From Promethearchaeota archaeon (GTDB lineage: Archaea > Asgardarchaeota > Thorarchaeia > Thorarchaeales > Thorarchaeaceae), in the NCBI GenBank assembly GCA_014728035.1, contig WJMJ01000148.1, positions 64,001 through 128,000 of the forward strand: 64,000 bases of DNA. The letters are read 5' to 3'. Under the pieces are notes generated by a model. It worked only from the letters and a program-made list of their open reading frames with translations. It ran no database searches and was not told the DNA's origin. Positions within the stretch are counted from its first letter, which is position 1. Each line of letters opens with the position of its first letter. The translations under genes and the position numbers were made by a program. Positions 29,803-40,587 of the stretch are shown here, piece after piece.

Positions 29803-30420
29803 ATGAAACGTATTATTCTATCTGTGATCTTCCTAACCATGCTACTCACTCCAGTAGCCGCTGTTGATTTTGGACCGAATAAACACATAGACAATGAAAC
29901 TGGAGCAACTGTTCGTGTAACGATATCCGCAGATACACCGTTCGTAACACCATACACCGAAGAAATAGAAATTGATCTGAGTATAGAATTTAACCAAACT
30001 GATATTACACAATTGAATATCTCCGAAATAGCTGTTTCGATTCAAAAATACCAACCAAACCTAGATTCATATACCCCAATAGGTTTTGGAATAAACGCAT
30101 ATGAACCAGAAATCTTCAGTACCTATTTCGGAAATATCACAGATACAATAGAACTTAGCGAATCAATTTCTGCTGTTGAATGCTATTTCGCAATTACGTT
30201 GGTAGGTTCATTCACAAACGGGTCTGACGTCCATTCATTTGAAATAATGACATCAAACGACTTTCTCGGTCCATTCACAATTTCACCTGGAAGTGGAACT
30301 GCGGAATTCATCGTTGGGGCCGTACTGATTCTGATAACGGTCATCGTAATGGTGGCTGGAGCATATGTGGTTAAGAAAAGCAAGGAACCGGTTAGAAAGA
30401 GAGCTAGCATTGAAGATTAG
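29803..30420 (+). CDS. Secreted, C-terminally anchored hypothetical protein
   Basis: Signal peptide MKRIILSVIFL...VAA, beta-rich body, C-terminal TM. Confidence 0.7.
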   Translation: MKRIILSVIFLTMLLTPVAAVDFGPNKHIDNETGATVRVTISADTPFVTPYTEEIEIDLSIEFNQTDITQLNISEIAVSIQKYQPNLDSYTPIGFGINAYEPEIFSTYFGNITDTIELSESISAVECYFAITLVGSFTNGSDVHSFEIMTSNDFLGPFTISPGSGTAEFIVGAVLILITVIVMVAGAYVVKKSKEPVRKRASIED

Positions 30421-30519
30421 GTAACAATCTATTCAAGTATAGTACTTCAGGATGAAAATTGACTCATACGAAAGTATTCATAAGATACACCAATGAACGA
30501 AATTATTGGATGATATCTT

Positions 30520-32301
30520 ATGGCCGATGAAGCTATGACTTGGGATCTTTCACAATTAGTAGAGTTTGATGACCCAGCGTATATAGAAGAAAGACTCACA
30601 GCAGCAGTAAAAGCAGCTGAGGAATTCCGCGATAAACACAGAGGGAAAATATCAAAGTATACAGCTGCGAAGGTCGCTGAATTATTAGAGGAAGAAGATA
30701 GGTTACAATTGGAGTTTGAAGGAGCTTTCAAGTATGCAAGCTTAGCATATTCAGCAAACATGAATGACGAGGTTGCAAAAAAATTAGCTGATAAAGCTAG
30801 ACAGGCAGGAATGCTACTTGGACAAGCTTTAGCATTTCGGGATATCGAATTAGGAAAGCTTCTAGCTGACAAACCTAAGATTGTAGAAGCTTCTGAAGTG
30901 AGTGAGTATAGACATAATCTTGAGAGAATTCTTCAACGGGTTCCATACATGCTGAGCGAAGAAAAGGAGCAACTTGTCATCTCAAAGGATAAGAACGGTA
31001 TCAATGCTTGGTATCAGCTTCATGGCGATTGGCTTGCCACGCGTGCTTTTGATATCGAAGTTGATGGTGAGATGAAGACCATGCCATATGGCGAGATTCT
31101 CAGCCTCTATCAAAGTCCAGACAGAAACCTCCGGAGACGGGCTCAGAAAACCGTTTATGGAGAACTTGGAAAAGATCATATTGTTTGGTCTTCAGCTATT
31201 CGTTCAGTATGTTCAGATCATATTCAGATGTGCAAAATGCGTGGATATCCAAGCCCAATGACATCAAGTTTGATTGCAAATGATGTTGATGAAGAAACGA
31301 TTGAAGCTCTGATGAATACCATTGAAAACAATGTAGCTGTCTATCAAGAATATCTCAAACTCAAAGCTGAAGTCATGGGTCTTAAAAAGTTAGGAAATTG
31401 GGATATCATAGCTCCTCTACCAAATGCACCAGATAAGAAATACACATGGGATGAATCACGAAAGCTAGTGGTTGAAGCCTATTCGGACTTTGATGAAGAA
31501 TCTGGAGAATGGATGGATGAGATGTTTGAAAAACGCCACATTGATGGTGCAGTACGAAACGGAAAACGTTCAGGTGCTTTCTGCTCAACATGGTTCTCTG
31601 GAAAAAGTGCATACATACTTCAGAGTTTCAATGGTACTATGAGCGATGTCTTTACTCAAGCACACGAGTTGGGGCATGCTTTACATGCATATCTTGGTTC
31701 TCGTGCACAAAAACCATCAAACTATGAAATTGGTAGTTGTGTGGCAGAAACCGGTTCTATCTTTGGAGAGCTTCTCTTAACAGAGAAACTTCTTGCTCAA
31801 GCTGAATCAAAAGAGCTTAAACAAGCTATCCTTACATCTGTTCTCGATGAATTCGGTGAAGCAGCTTTCCAAGTTTCCACAAGGACTTGGTTCGAAACCA
31901 TGTTGTACGAAGCAATTGAGGATGGAGAATACCTTGACGGTGATAAGGTCTCAGAACTCTGGTTAAAGGCTCGTGACAGGATGTATGGCGATTCAGTTGA
32001 ATGGTTAGATGAGCTCAAATGGTGGTGGACCATGAAGCTTCACTTCTACATTCCACGCTACAGATACTATAACTATCCCTACGTCTATGCTCAGTTGTTT
32101 GTCTATGCCATGTATCGGCTGTACAAAGAAGAAGGTAAGGAATTTGTACCTAAACTCAAAGCGTTACTTGCTGCTGGTTCTAGCAAATCTCCGAGAAACC
32201 TCGCTGCTGAAATTGGCTTTGATATCACAAAGGAAGAGTTCTGGCAGAAAGGTATCGAACAGTTCAAAGAGTTTGTAGAGGTTTTCAAAGAAACTTTGTA
32301 G
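30520..32301 (+). CDS. pepF: Oligoendopeptidase F (M3B)
   Basis: TWDLS, GKRSGAFC, HELGH, AETGS, HFY...YYNYPYVYAQL. Confidence 0.93.
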   Translation: MADEAMTWDLSQLVEFDDPAYIEERLTAAVKAAEEFRDKHRGKISKYTAAKVAELLEEEDRLQLEFEGAFKYASLAYSANMNDEVAKKLADKARQAGMLLGQALAFRDIELGKLLADKPKIVEASEVSEYRHNLERILQRVPYMLSEEKEQLVISKDKNGINAWYQLHGDWLATRAFDIEVDGEMKTMPYGEILSLYQSPDRNLRRRAQKTVYGELGKDHIVWSSAIRSVCSDHIQMCKMRGYPSPMTSSLIANDVDEETIEALMNTIENNVAVYQEYLKLKAEVMGLKKLGNWDIIAPLPNAPDKKYTWDESRKLVVEAYSDFDEESGEWMDEMFEKRHIDGAVRNGKRSGAFCSTWFSGKSAYILQSFNGTMSDVFTQAHELGHALHAYLGSRAQKPSNYEIGSCVAETGSIFGELLLTEKLLAQAESKELKQAILTSVLDEFGEAAFQVSTRTWFETMLYEAIEDGEYLDGDKVSELWLKARDRMYGDSVEWLDELKWWWTMKLHFYIPRYRYYNYPYVYAQLFVYAMYRLYKEEGKEFVPKLKALLAAGSSKSPRNLAAEIGFDITKEEFWQKGIEQFKEFVEVFKETL

Positions 32302-32308
32302 GTTGAAA

Positions 32309-32328
32309 TGTGGGATTGATTTCCCACA
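32309..32328 (+). terminator. Hairpin + T-tract terminator
   Basis: TGTGGGA-ttgatt-TCCCACA then CAACTTTTCTTTT. Confidence 0.6.
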
Positions 32329-32668
32329 CAACTTTTCTTTTTCCCATATTGATTGATGAGAATCTGAAGAAACAACAAGCAGTTTCAAGTTACATTGTTA
32401 TTCATGTATCAAAACATGAAAATAAGCAAGCTGTCTTTTCCTGAAACTCTAGAAGTAAGTTTGTTCTATACTTCGATGGAATCGATTCTGATATCTAGCT
32501 GCCCGTTAGTAAATCAATCTATGATTCTCTGTCTATGTTTGTAACCGATGATGATAATGACCCCAGAAACAATACTCTCTTTTCACTGCTGGATATTTTG
32601 ATCAGACAACAATTTACTCTAACCATAATAATATGTAGCTGTAACAATATTAGACACAAGAACCAATC

Positions 32669-33076
32669 ATGTATCGGTTTGGAACTCAGGAAAATCGAGA
32701 GGATGTCATTGCTCTAAGGTGGCCTAGGGCTTGTCTGTTATGTGGAGTAAAGGCATCTGATGAAGATAGTCCACAATATGCAATACTTGGGGAGTTCTAC
32801 GAAGAAAAAAATACACAAGTTCTCTTGAAAATGCCAGGTTTCTTCTTTGTCTGTAATGGATGTACTCAGACCATCCAAAAATCAACAGAAATGGGAAATT
32901 CACAAGAATTAGCTCAAAAGCTGATGAAACATCCATGGAAAGCGATATTAAAACTTGAAAAGAATGGCACTGTAAACCTACCTAATGGAGTATTCAAGAA
33001 TAAATTACTTCAACTAAACCCAGATGGAAAATTCGGTTCAATTGATGATCCTATGAAAACCATACTTGATAAATGA
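32669..33076 (+). CDS. Hypothetical protein with CxxC...CxxC (possible zinc ribbon)
   Basis: CLLC and CNGC. Confidence 0.6.
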   Translation: MYRFGTQENREDVIALRWPRACLLCGVKASDEDSPQYAILGEFYEEKNTQVLLKMPGFFFVCNGCTQTIQKSTEMGNSQELAQKLMKHPWKAILKLEKNGTVNLPNGVFKNKLLQLNPDGKFGSIDDPMKTILDK

Positions 33077-33085
33077 GGTTTCGAT

Positions 33086-34024
33086 ATGAGCTATGGAGAA
33101 ACCCTTCGAACAAAAACTGAAGAAGAATTTACCCGAGCCAAATTATGCCTACTACCAAACGAATCAGTAGAATTTGTATGTCAGTCTCGAAACGGTTTCC
33201 TTGTGCTATCACACAGAAGACTTGCAATTCTAGAAAAGTCAAAAGATAAAGTCTACACAATCAGTCAAGCCATTCCACTTGAATGTGTTTCTGAGATATC
33301 TGAAAAGAAAAAAGACAAAGTGAAGGTTTCATGTAAGAAACACTCCAAATCTAATACCACCTTTGAAGAAATAGAAATGAAGGCTCCTAAGGCAAAAAGA
33401 GGTGAAGACAAAGACGCAGTCAGGAAACAATTTGAAGATTCTATGAAACACTTCCAAGAATCGGTTAATAATATCCTTCACCAAACACCTGAAACATTGC
33501 TTAATCGAGACCTATCTTACCTACATCATCTGCCAGACAGTTTGACAAGAAATGCAGTGCTTGATCTGAATATCATCCTTCAGGACCAACCCATCTACGA
33601 TTCGCTTTACTATGAGGGTCTGAAGTATCTTGGCCCCAAACCATTTCTAATAGAAGAGACCGTTCGAATTGCAGAGGAAAGAGAGAACGGTGTTTTGTTT
33701 GCCGCTGGGAAACAGGGCTTTATCATGATCCAAGGGAGAAAAGATGGTCGGTTCATATCAGATGTTTTAGTTGATAAAATCGAATGGAGAAACATCAGCA
33801 GTCTTAGCTACGAATGGCAAAACGAGGGAGTCTTCGAAGTTGCCTATTCACTACAGCAAGGTGCTAAAGAGAAACTGGTCAGATATGTGTGGTCTCCAAC
33901 CGTAAATGAGGATGTGAGGGAATATCACTGGCTCTGGCAGTGCCTGAATGGTCCATGGATCATTGAGGATATCTTCGCTGCCTATTCTGATGGTAAATTC
34001 TCCCAAGGAATTAGTGTCCCTTGA
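33086..34024 (+). CDS. Hypothetical protein, possibly two PH-like domains
   Basis: LLPNESVEF...GFLVLSHRRLAI...IPLECV pattern resembles prokaryotic PH domains; the second half has a similar pattern (GVLFAA...IEWRNI). Confidence 0.55.
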   Translation: MSYGETLRTKTEEEFTRAKLCLLPNESVEFVCQSRNGFLVLSHRRLAILEKSKDKVYTISQAIPLECVSEISEKKKDKVKVSCKKHSKSNTTFEEIEMKAPKAKRGEDKDAVRKQFEDSMKHFQESVNNILHQTPETLLNRDLSYLHHLPDSLTRNAVLDLNIILQDQPIYDSLYYEGLKYLGPKPFLIEETVRIAEERENGVLFAAGKQGFIMIQGRKDGRFISDVLVDKIEWRNISSLSYEWQNEGVFEVAYSLQQGAKEKLVRYVWSPTVNEDVREYHWLWQCLNGPWIIEDIFAAYSDGKFSQGISVP

Positions 34025-34102
34025 TTATCTACTATCTTTTCCAAGATTTCCATCAATAATTTTATTTTTCCCTAAATTCTTCACCCAATAATCATTGAGT
34101 GA

Positions 34103-37100
34103 GTGCACGCCATGAACAAAATCATTCCAGTCGGTATACTTCTCATATTATTTGCAACTCCTATGTTTGCTTCAATATCGTCAATCAGCAAAATCGAAGT
34201 TAGGCAATTTGATACCTCAGATTTAACGCCAAGCGAAAGGGTAGTAATAACCCATAACGATAACTTTACCGAGGTAGGGTTTGCCGGGTCTGGAACTATT
34301 GGCGATCCGTACATCCTTGACAGCTATAATATCACTTACACTGGTTGGACTGCACATATCAGCATCTCAGACACGGATGCATATTTCACTATCAAAAATT
34401 GCTACATCGCAGCTTCTAATGGCAATCTAGACACAGGTATATTTCTTGACAATGTAACGAATGGTAAAATCGAATCGTGCCAGTTCAATGAGTTGAATTA
34501 CGGAATTAGATTTCGTGATGTATCTAATAGTTCGATTTTCAATTGCACTTTCAATAAGGGAAGCAGGGGTCTATTTTTTGAAACATCTGTGCTGAATGAT
34601 GTTGACACGGTAAATATTACTAATTCAAACTATGCTATCTATGTAAGAGGAGGATTCTGGAATAACTTTACAGAAGTTCATATCTCTAATCCTGCTAACA
34701 ATGGAATTGACATTGATAATTATGGACTATGTACAATTGATAACACCACAATAGCAAATGCTAGTGGTATCGGTATAAAGCTGAATAATTTCGAAGATGT
34801 TAAGATAAGCAATGTAAGCATTGATAATCCTCAAGATGGAATCGTACTTACCTCGGGAATAAATCTGGATTTGTCAAATTGTTCCATAAATAATAGTTTT
34901 GGCACTGCAGTAGATATAGACAGCAGCGAACTGATTAGTTTAGATAATACAACCGTTATCGATTCCTTTGAGGGCATTCGCGTCACCAGATCAGATAATA
35001 TTAGTTTGGTAGGGTGTGAAGTGAACAACAGCATATACGCTGGAATCTATCTTTCAAGCAACACCAATGTAACAATGCAGGACAATCATATGTATAGATG
35101 TGGTCTTACTGTTGAGAATCTACCAATTGCTGCACCTGCAACTGGTAGTGGTAATACGGTAAACGGTCTAACTCTGGGCTGGTACGGTTCCTTGGCCGAT
35201 CATGTAATCGATGGTGAAACACATGGACAGATTCTGTTGGGAAATTGTGACAACGTGACCATTGAAGGAGGAAACTTCAGTAGAGTACATACGGGGGTCA
35301 CATTCTATCTTAGTTTTGACTGTGCTATCCAGAATGCAATTCTTGGAAACAACTCTCATCGTGGAATCCAAATCTATTCAGCTCAAAGGACACGGGTGGA
35401 AAACTGTACGATATCAGATACTGGTACAAAAGGAATTGAGGTCACTAGTTCTGAAGGTTGCATCATTCACAATAACACACTGGATTCAGTTGGACTAGCA
35501 ATAACTGGGAATACAATTGGAGAATGGAACATGAGTTGTCTAGATAATACAGTAAATGGATTACCTCTGCTCTATCTTTTCACTGAATCTGGACTGGAGT
35601 ATACAACAACTTTCGGTCAAATTATCCTAGTAAACTCTACTTTCATCAGAATAACTTCTGGACATATCCATCATGTTACTGTAGGTGTCAGTCTCTTTAG
35701 TTCTGCGAATAATACCCTTGAGTCCTTGGATATTCATGATACCAGACAATATGGCATTCAAGCAAAAAACAGTGAATGGACTAACATCACAAATTGTGAG
35801 GTCGAGTCATACGGAGAAGCATGTATCTCTCTATCAAACTCACATAATTCTACACTGTTGAGAAATACAATTTCAGGAGCAAATGATGGTTTCGAAATAT
35901 CAAGTTCCAAGTCTGTAGATATTTGGAGCAATAATGTATCTTTTTGCAATCTGGGAATTACTGTATCGTCTTCTGAAAATGCACATATCAAACACAATGA
36001 GATCTACAACTGTACCACTGGAATTTCTGATGGATTCAATAGTCTTCTAACAGCTGAACTCAATACGATTTCAAATTGCACAACAGGAGTAAGTGGTGCG
36101 CTCACTGGAAGTCATACAATATACCTTAACACCTTTAATGAATGTGAAAAAGGAATAGCGCTCTGGATATCCACAAATGACACGATAGTTGGAAATATCT
36201 TTGATCAAGGATTAATAGGAATCGAACTCAGCAGCATATCTGAATCCATGGTAAAAAATAATCATCTCAGCAGTTTCGAGGAATATGGAATAGATGTTAT
36301 CTCAAGTAATAATATCACCGTAGCATCGAGTGAAATATTCAACAGCGAAGTAGCTTTAGCAATTCACAACTCGAATAACTGTAGTATTTTCGATAATGTC
36401 ATTACAGATAATTTCGAGGGAATTCACATCTACTCTGGAGAGAATAACACCATCTATCAGAATTATTTAGGATGGTGCTCAGGAACTTTAGTTACTGATG
36501 ATGGAAACCTGAACTCTTGGACAAATGTGACTGGCAACTATTACGAGGATTATTCTGGAACAGGTAACTACTCCATTGTTGGAACAGCAAACAACAATGA
36601 TACAAGTCCAGCTTATGCTCTTCATATCTATGAGCAGTCTGACAAGGAGTATGAGCAAGGTACAACAGCACATACCATTGCTTGGACTATTGATTGTCCA
36701 TATCCAGCGAATTACGAAATTACTCGTAATAGTTCAACTGTGAAGACTGGGCCCTATACTGATTCTGTATCAATCACATTCGATTCTCCAGATTACGGTA
36801 CCACTGAATATTCAGTAATTGTCTATGATCAATTTGGGCACACAGTATCAGATGATGCCCAGGTTGAAGTTGTAGACACCACGAGTCCAATATTAAGCAA
36901 TCCCACAGACTATCAATACATTCAAGGAACAACAGGAAATACTGTAGTTTGGTCAGGGAATGACCATAACCCAGATAACTATCGAATATGGCACAATGGT
37001 ACTCTTATTCGCTGGGGTAGTTGGGACGGATCAAATATAACTCTGGATGTTGATGCGTATGCACTAGGAGCGCATAATTTCACTCTTGAAGTTGAGGATT

Positions 37101-37450
37101 TATTTGGAAATGTGGCAACCGATACAGTAATCGTTAGAGTACTCCAACAGACCAGCACTACTGAGACCTCAACAACTACTACAACTACAACTGATACATC
37201 CTCAGAAACAACAACTACTACTACATCTGATGGTGATGAATTGTGGTTCAGTCCTGTCTTAGGTGGAATACTAAGTTTAATTGCTGCCGCATTAACCTTG
37301 GCAGCGACGGTAATTCGAGGTAGTGACTATTGGGCCAGAAGAAAAGCTAAACAAGAAGCAGAATCCCATATTTCGGAATCAGGTGAAGAATCAGAAATAA
37401 CACCAGAAGAAACTTCAATCCCTAAGACAGAAGATGTTGAAGAGAGATAG
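34103..37450 (+). CDS. Large beta-helix + Ig-like repeat surface protein
   Basis: GFAGSGTIGDPY cap, extended beta-helix repeats with duplicated NTVNG.P/L inserts, poly-Thr linker, TM, acidic cytoplasmic tail. Confidence 0.85.
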   Translation: MHAMNKIIPVGILLILFATPMFASISSISKIEVRQFDTSDLTPSERVVITHNDNFTEVGFAGSGTIGDPYILDSYNITYTGWTAHISISDTDAYFTIKNCYIAASNGNLDTGIFLDNVTNGKIESCQFNELNYGIRFRDVSNSSIFNCTFNKGSRGLFFETSVLNDVDTVNITNSNYAIYVRGGFWNNFTEVHISNPANNGIDIDNYGLCTIDNTTIANASGIGIKLNNFEDVKISNVSIDNPQDGIVLTSGINLDLSNCSINNSFGTAVDIDSSELISLDNTTVIDSFEGIRVTRSDNISLVGCEVNNSIYAGIYLSSNTNVTMQDNHMYRCGLTVENLPIAAPATGSGNTVNGLTLGWYGSLADHVIDGETHGQILLGNCDNVTIEGGNFSRVHTGVTFYLSFDCAIQNAILGNNSHRGIQIYSAQRTRVENCTISDTGTKGIEVTSSEGCIIHNNTLDSVGLAITGNTIGEWNMSCLDNTVNGLPLLYLFTESGLEYTTTFGQIILVNSTFIRITSGHIHHVTVGVSLFSSANNTLESLDIHDTRQYGIQAKNSEWTNITNCEVESYGEACISLSNSHNSTLLRNTISGANDGFEISSSKSVDIWSNNVSFCNLGITVSSSENAHIKHNEIYNCTTGISDGFNSLLTAELNTISNCTTGVSGALTGSHTIYLNTFNECEKGIALWISTNDTIVGNIFDQGLIGIELSSISESMVKNNHLSSFEEYGIDVISSNNITVASSEIFNSEVALAIHNSNNCSIFDNVITDNFEGIHIYSGENNTIYQNYLGWCSGTLVTDDGNLNSWTNVTGNYYEDYSGTGNYSIVGTANNNDTSPAYALHIYEQSDKEYEQGTTAHTIAWTIDCPYPANYEITRNSSTVKTGPYTDSVSITFDSPDYGTTEYSVIVYDQFGHTVSDDAQVEVVDTTSPILSNPTDYQYIQGTTGNTVVWSGNDHNPDNYRIWHNGTLIRWGSWDGSNITLDVDAYALGAHNFTLEVEDLFGNVATDTVIVRVLQQTSTTETSTTTTTTTDTSSETTTTTTSDGDELWFSPVLGGILSLIAAALTLAATVIRGSDYWARRKAKQEAESHISESGEESEITPEETSIPKTEDVEER

Positions 37451-37531
37451 AAATCAGATACTGACTTTCAAATCAACGAAATCTATCTGCAATCGCAAGT
37501 CCATTTTTTCTGACTTGTGATTCACTTTCAA

Positions 37532-38704
37532 TTAAGATTCAACTTGATTCTGTGTAGCGGCAATTGTAGCTTTTGCAATTTTCTCAAGAAAATCAAAGTC
37601 AATCTTATTGATTGTATCAGCCTCTGTGTGATAGTATGGATATCTGAAGTTAGCTGTATCGGTCAACATCAACGCGGGGATTCCAGCCTTCCAGAATGGT
37701 GCATGATCAGACCGCAAAAGGTCTGGTGCAGATTTGACAATCTCATCATATCCCATTGGAACCTGAAGAAGACCGTAAGGAAGATTGACACTATCATCTT
37801 CACACGCATCTGCAAAAGATTGAGCTAGATCACCTGAATTCTTATCAGCTAGGATTGCAATGAAATCACCAATACTGAGATTCTCAGATGTATTGTACTT
37901 CTGAAACATCTCAGTACCAAGACCCTGTGGAAGATTCTGGCTGTGGGGTTGCTTAGAAGTATATCCGATGGTCTCAAGGCAGAGCATACCGATAACTTCG
38001 CGATTTTGTTTCTGTGCTTGTTCAATCCAATGCTTACTTCCTATTGAACCATAGTTCCGTTTCAGATATTCAGCAGAAGGACTGTTTAGAAAATCGTCAA
38101 GTATTACAAGTTCATTTTCCTTCAAGTCATCTCGTATAGCATCTAGTGCGGCTGAAACCATTCTATCCCTATCTTTGCCTTTTCGCCATTCCTCATTCGC
38201 AGCATTACCATATTTCTTCATAACCTCTTTCGCACGCAAAGAAGAGTACCGTTTAGTCTCATCTATGAATCTGAGTTGAGTTAGAAGTTCCCTCATTGCA
38301 CGTTGAAAAACAGGATTTCCTTCTTCAAGAGTAAAGCTAACAAATCTAACTCCTGTTATATCGGTTTGAGCAAGAACTCTTGATGTTTCAAGCATAACTG
38401 CAATTGCAGTTCCGTTATCGTTAGCTCCGGGAGCGATAGAAACAGTATCATAATGAGAAGCGACAATAAGCTGTGGTTCAGATTCTTCTCCAATCCAAGC
38501 TTCGATATTCCTCAAATCATAATCAAGACCATCGATTCTAAACTTTTGCTCCTTTGTCGTGAGACCATATTCTTTGAATTGTGTAAGAATATAATCTGCA
38601 CATTCTTCTAGTTTTTCAGGTCCATCAAGAACATGCTTAACACCTTCTGTCTTCAGAATATGTTTGTAGAGTTGTCCCTTTTCAGGTCTATCCATATTAA
38701 TCAA
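37532..38704 (-). CDS. M28-family metallopeptidase
   Basis: ASHYD, PGANDNGT, LEE, LETIG, RSDHAPF, YHTEAD. Confidence 0.92.
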   Translation of the reverse strand: MINMDRPEKGQLYKHILKTEGVKHVLDGPEKLEECADYILTQFKEYGLTTKEQKFRIDGLDYDLRNIEAWIGEESEPQLIVASHYDTVSIAPGANDNGTAIAVMLETSRVLAQTDITGVRFVSFTLEEGNPVFQRAMRELLTQLRFIDETKRYSSLRAKEVMKKYGNAANEEWRKGKDRDRMVSAALDAIRDDLKENELVILDDFLNSPSAEYLKRNYGSIGSKHWIEQAQKQNREVIGMLCLETIGYTSKQPHSQNLPQGLGTEMFQKYNTSENLSIGDFIAILADKNSGDLAQSFADACEDDSVNLPYGLLQVPMGYDEIVKSAPDLLRSDHAPFWKAGIPALMLTDTANFRYPYYHTEADTINKIDFDFLEKIAKATIAATQNQVES

Positions 38705-38746
38705 CCAGTAACATCGAAACCAATGTATCTGATTTTAAGACTTCAC

Positions 38747-39538
38747 TTATTGACACGTGCTATTAACAGCAGCTTCAATCGCTTCGTGCATACTCTCATA
38801 TAGTACTGATGAAAGGGTTTCATACGTCTTTTGATCTTTTTCTGGAAAAGCCAAGTCATTCCATGAACCCATGCCACCAAATACTCGACAACAGAATGCT
38901 CCTGATAATAGATTTCGCGATTTTTCATCAAGTATCTCTGGAGGAAAAAGACCGTCAAAAGACATATGTTCTCTTCCCTCTAACACGTCCAAGGCATTCT
39001 GGAATATCTCCAGCCAATTCTCAGTATACTCAAAACGTTCTGTAAAATCTACTAATTTTTCCAATGTTAGCCGTAATCCTTCGTATGCTATATCTACTGA
39101 GAGTGAAGTATGAGGAATAATTGGTCCATCCTCAGTTAGCATTAGTAGATGAAAACCAAGAAATCTACTTCCAGCAATATTTCGACCGATTTGATAGACA
39201 TCACTTGATTCTTCATGATGAGCTTCAATAAGCCATTCCCCAAGATTCTGTTGGGATATTCCTTTGAGACGGTCTGGAAGCTGATTCATCGAGGCAACAT
39301 AATGCAACCTCAAATGAGTCACTCCTTTGCCTTTAAGAAATTGAAGCCACTTCATAGGATTCTGTGCAATCAATTTGCGGTCATCATAGACCATATCCTT
39401 TGGAGCTCCTTTTGGAGGTTGAATAAACTTCACAAACTGTATTGTAGAATGATCTGAACCATAGTCTACTGGTACATTATCCAGTATCTTGTTTGTGATA
39501 ATTACCAGTGAGGCAGTCTGCTGGAATTCTATTGACAT
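38747..39538 (-). CDS. Hypothetical protein
   Basis: 263-aa ORF with a conserved-looking VFGGMGSWND motif. Confidence 0.75.
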   Translation of the reverse strand: MSIEFQQTASLVIITNKILDNVPVDYGSDHSTIQFVKFIQPPKGAPKDMVYDDRKLIAQNPMKWLQFLKGKGVTHLRLHYVASMNQLPDRLKGISQQNLGEWLIEAHHEESSDVYQIGRNIAGSRFLGFHLLMLTEDGPIIPHTSLSVDIAYEGLRLTLEKLVDFTERFEYTENWLEIFQNALDVLEGREHMSFDGLFPPEILDEKSRNLLSGAFCCRVFGGMGSWNDLAFPEKDQKTYETLSSVLYESMHEAIEAAVNSTCQ

Positions 39539-39696
39539 TGCAAATTTCCCTAATCTTTCTAGGAGATACTGGAATATGAATCATATGGCTAAATTAGTTT
39601 GAGAAAATCTGTGAACAATCTACAAAGAAAGTGTAATTTCTCCATTAATACTAACAAATCAAAGATCACATACATTTTTCCTACTAGATTTGTTAA

Positions 39697-40515
39697 TCAG
39701 ATTACTGCTATTTCAGGTGATTCTGTAAGACGACTTTTATTGAAAGCCGAAACCTCTTGCCATCGTTTTTTATCATAACTGATAGCTCCAGTTGGACATG
39801 ACTTTGCACAAGCAAAGCAATGAATACAACTATCATCTCTATCAGGTAATGTGGTGATATCAATTGCTTGAACGGGACAGATACTTTCACACCTTCCACA
39901 TTCACGACAGAGAGTCTTATCAAAATCAATATCTGGAATCCGGAATCGTCTTGTTAATCTCGAGATGTAATACAATATTTTGACTCTAGTAGAATAAAAC
40001 TTTAAATCTTCAGATAGATTGGTCCACGGGATTGGATCATGTAATCTGTTCTGAATAGTCTCTGAGAATTCATTCACATATTCATCTAAGGATGTTTGGG
40101 GAAAATCCAAATCTTGGTAGAAATACGGAGCGGTCGTTTTGAAAGCGGAAAGAAATATGTAACCTTTTTTGTGAAGTGATTTTGACAGCTCCCAGACACT
40201 CTTGCCAGTGCTTACATGACCATATGTAACGAAAGAGAACGCATATCGCTCTCCATTAATCATAGATAGACTATCCAGAAATTTTTGTACTGGAGGAAGG
40301 ATATCAAGATGAAATACTGGGGATCCAACACCCAATATTGTTGCTTCTTCAATCGAATTTCTAAAGACCTCATTGTTTAGTTCAACTTTCGCCAAATCGA
40401 ATAGTACAGTGTCCCAATTTTCCGGAAACGATGCAGCTATCATTTTTGCAAGTGCTCTTGTTGAACCGTTAGTAGACATGTAAACAATACACACACGGAA
40501 TGGGGAAGATACCAT
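39697..40515 (-). CDS. Flavodoxin + 2[4Fe-4S] ferredoxin (EFR1-like)
   Basis: YMSTNGST flavodoxin loop, GSPV; CxxCxxCxxxCP twice; likely start ATG 40515. Confidence 0.88.
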   Translation of the reverse strand: MVSSPFRVCIVYMSTNGSTRALAKMIAASFPENWDTVLFDLAKVELNNEVFRNSIEEATILGVGSPVFHLDILPPVQKFLDSLSMINGERYAFSFVTYGHVSTGKSVWELSKSLHKKGYIFLSAFKTTAPYFYQDLDFPQTSLDEYVNEFSETIQNRLHDPIPWTNLSEDLKFYSTRVKILYYISRLTRRFRIPDIDFDKTLCRECGRCESICPVQAIDITTLPDRDDSCIHCFACAKSCPTGAISYDKKRWQEVSAFNKSRLTESPEIAVI

Positions 40516-40520
40516 ATTGA

Positions 40521-40587
40521 TTGCACTATGTAATATTTGCATAATGCAAATAAAAACATTGCGTAACGCAACAATTACTAAATGCAA
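40521..40587. promoter_or_regulatory. Palindromic operator array (probable MarR sites)
   Basis: TATTTGCAT-A-ATGCAAATA (40534-52), TTGCGT-A-ACGCAA (40559-71) and two weaker copies between the divergent genes. Confidence 0.6.

Noticed and set aside
37150-37230. ACA/ACT trinucleotide repeats (also ~25245-25285)
   Set aside because: They encode poly-Thr linkers of surface proteins, not independent repeats
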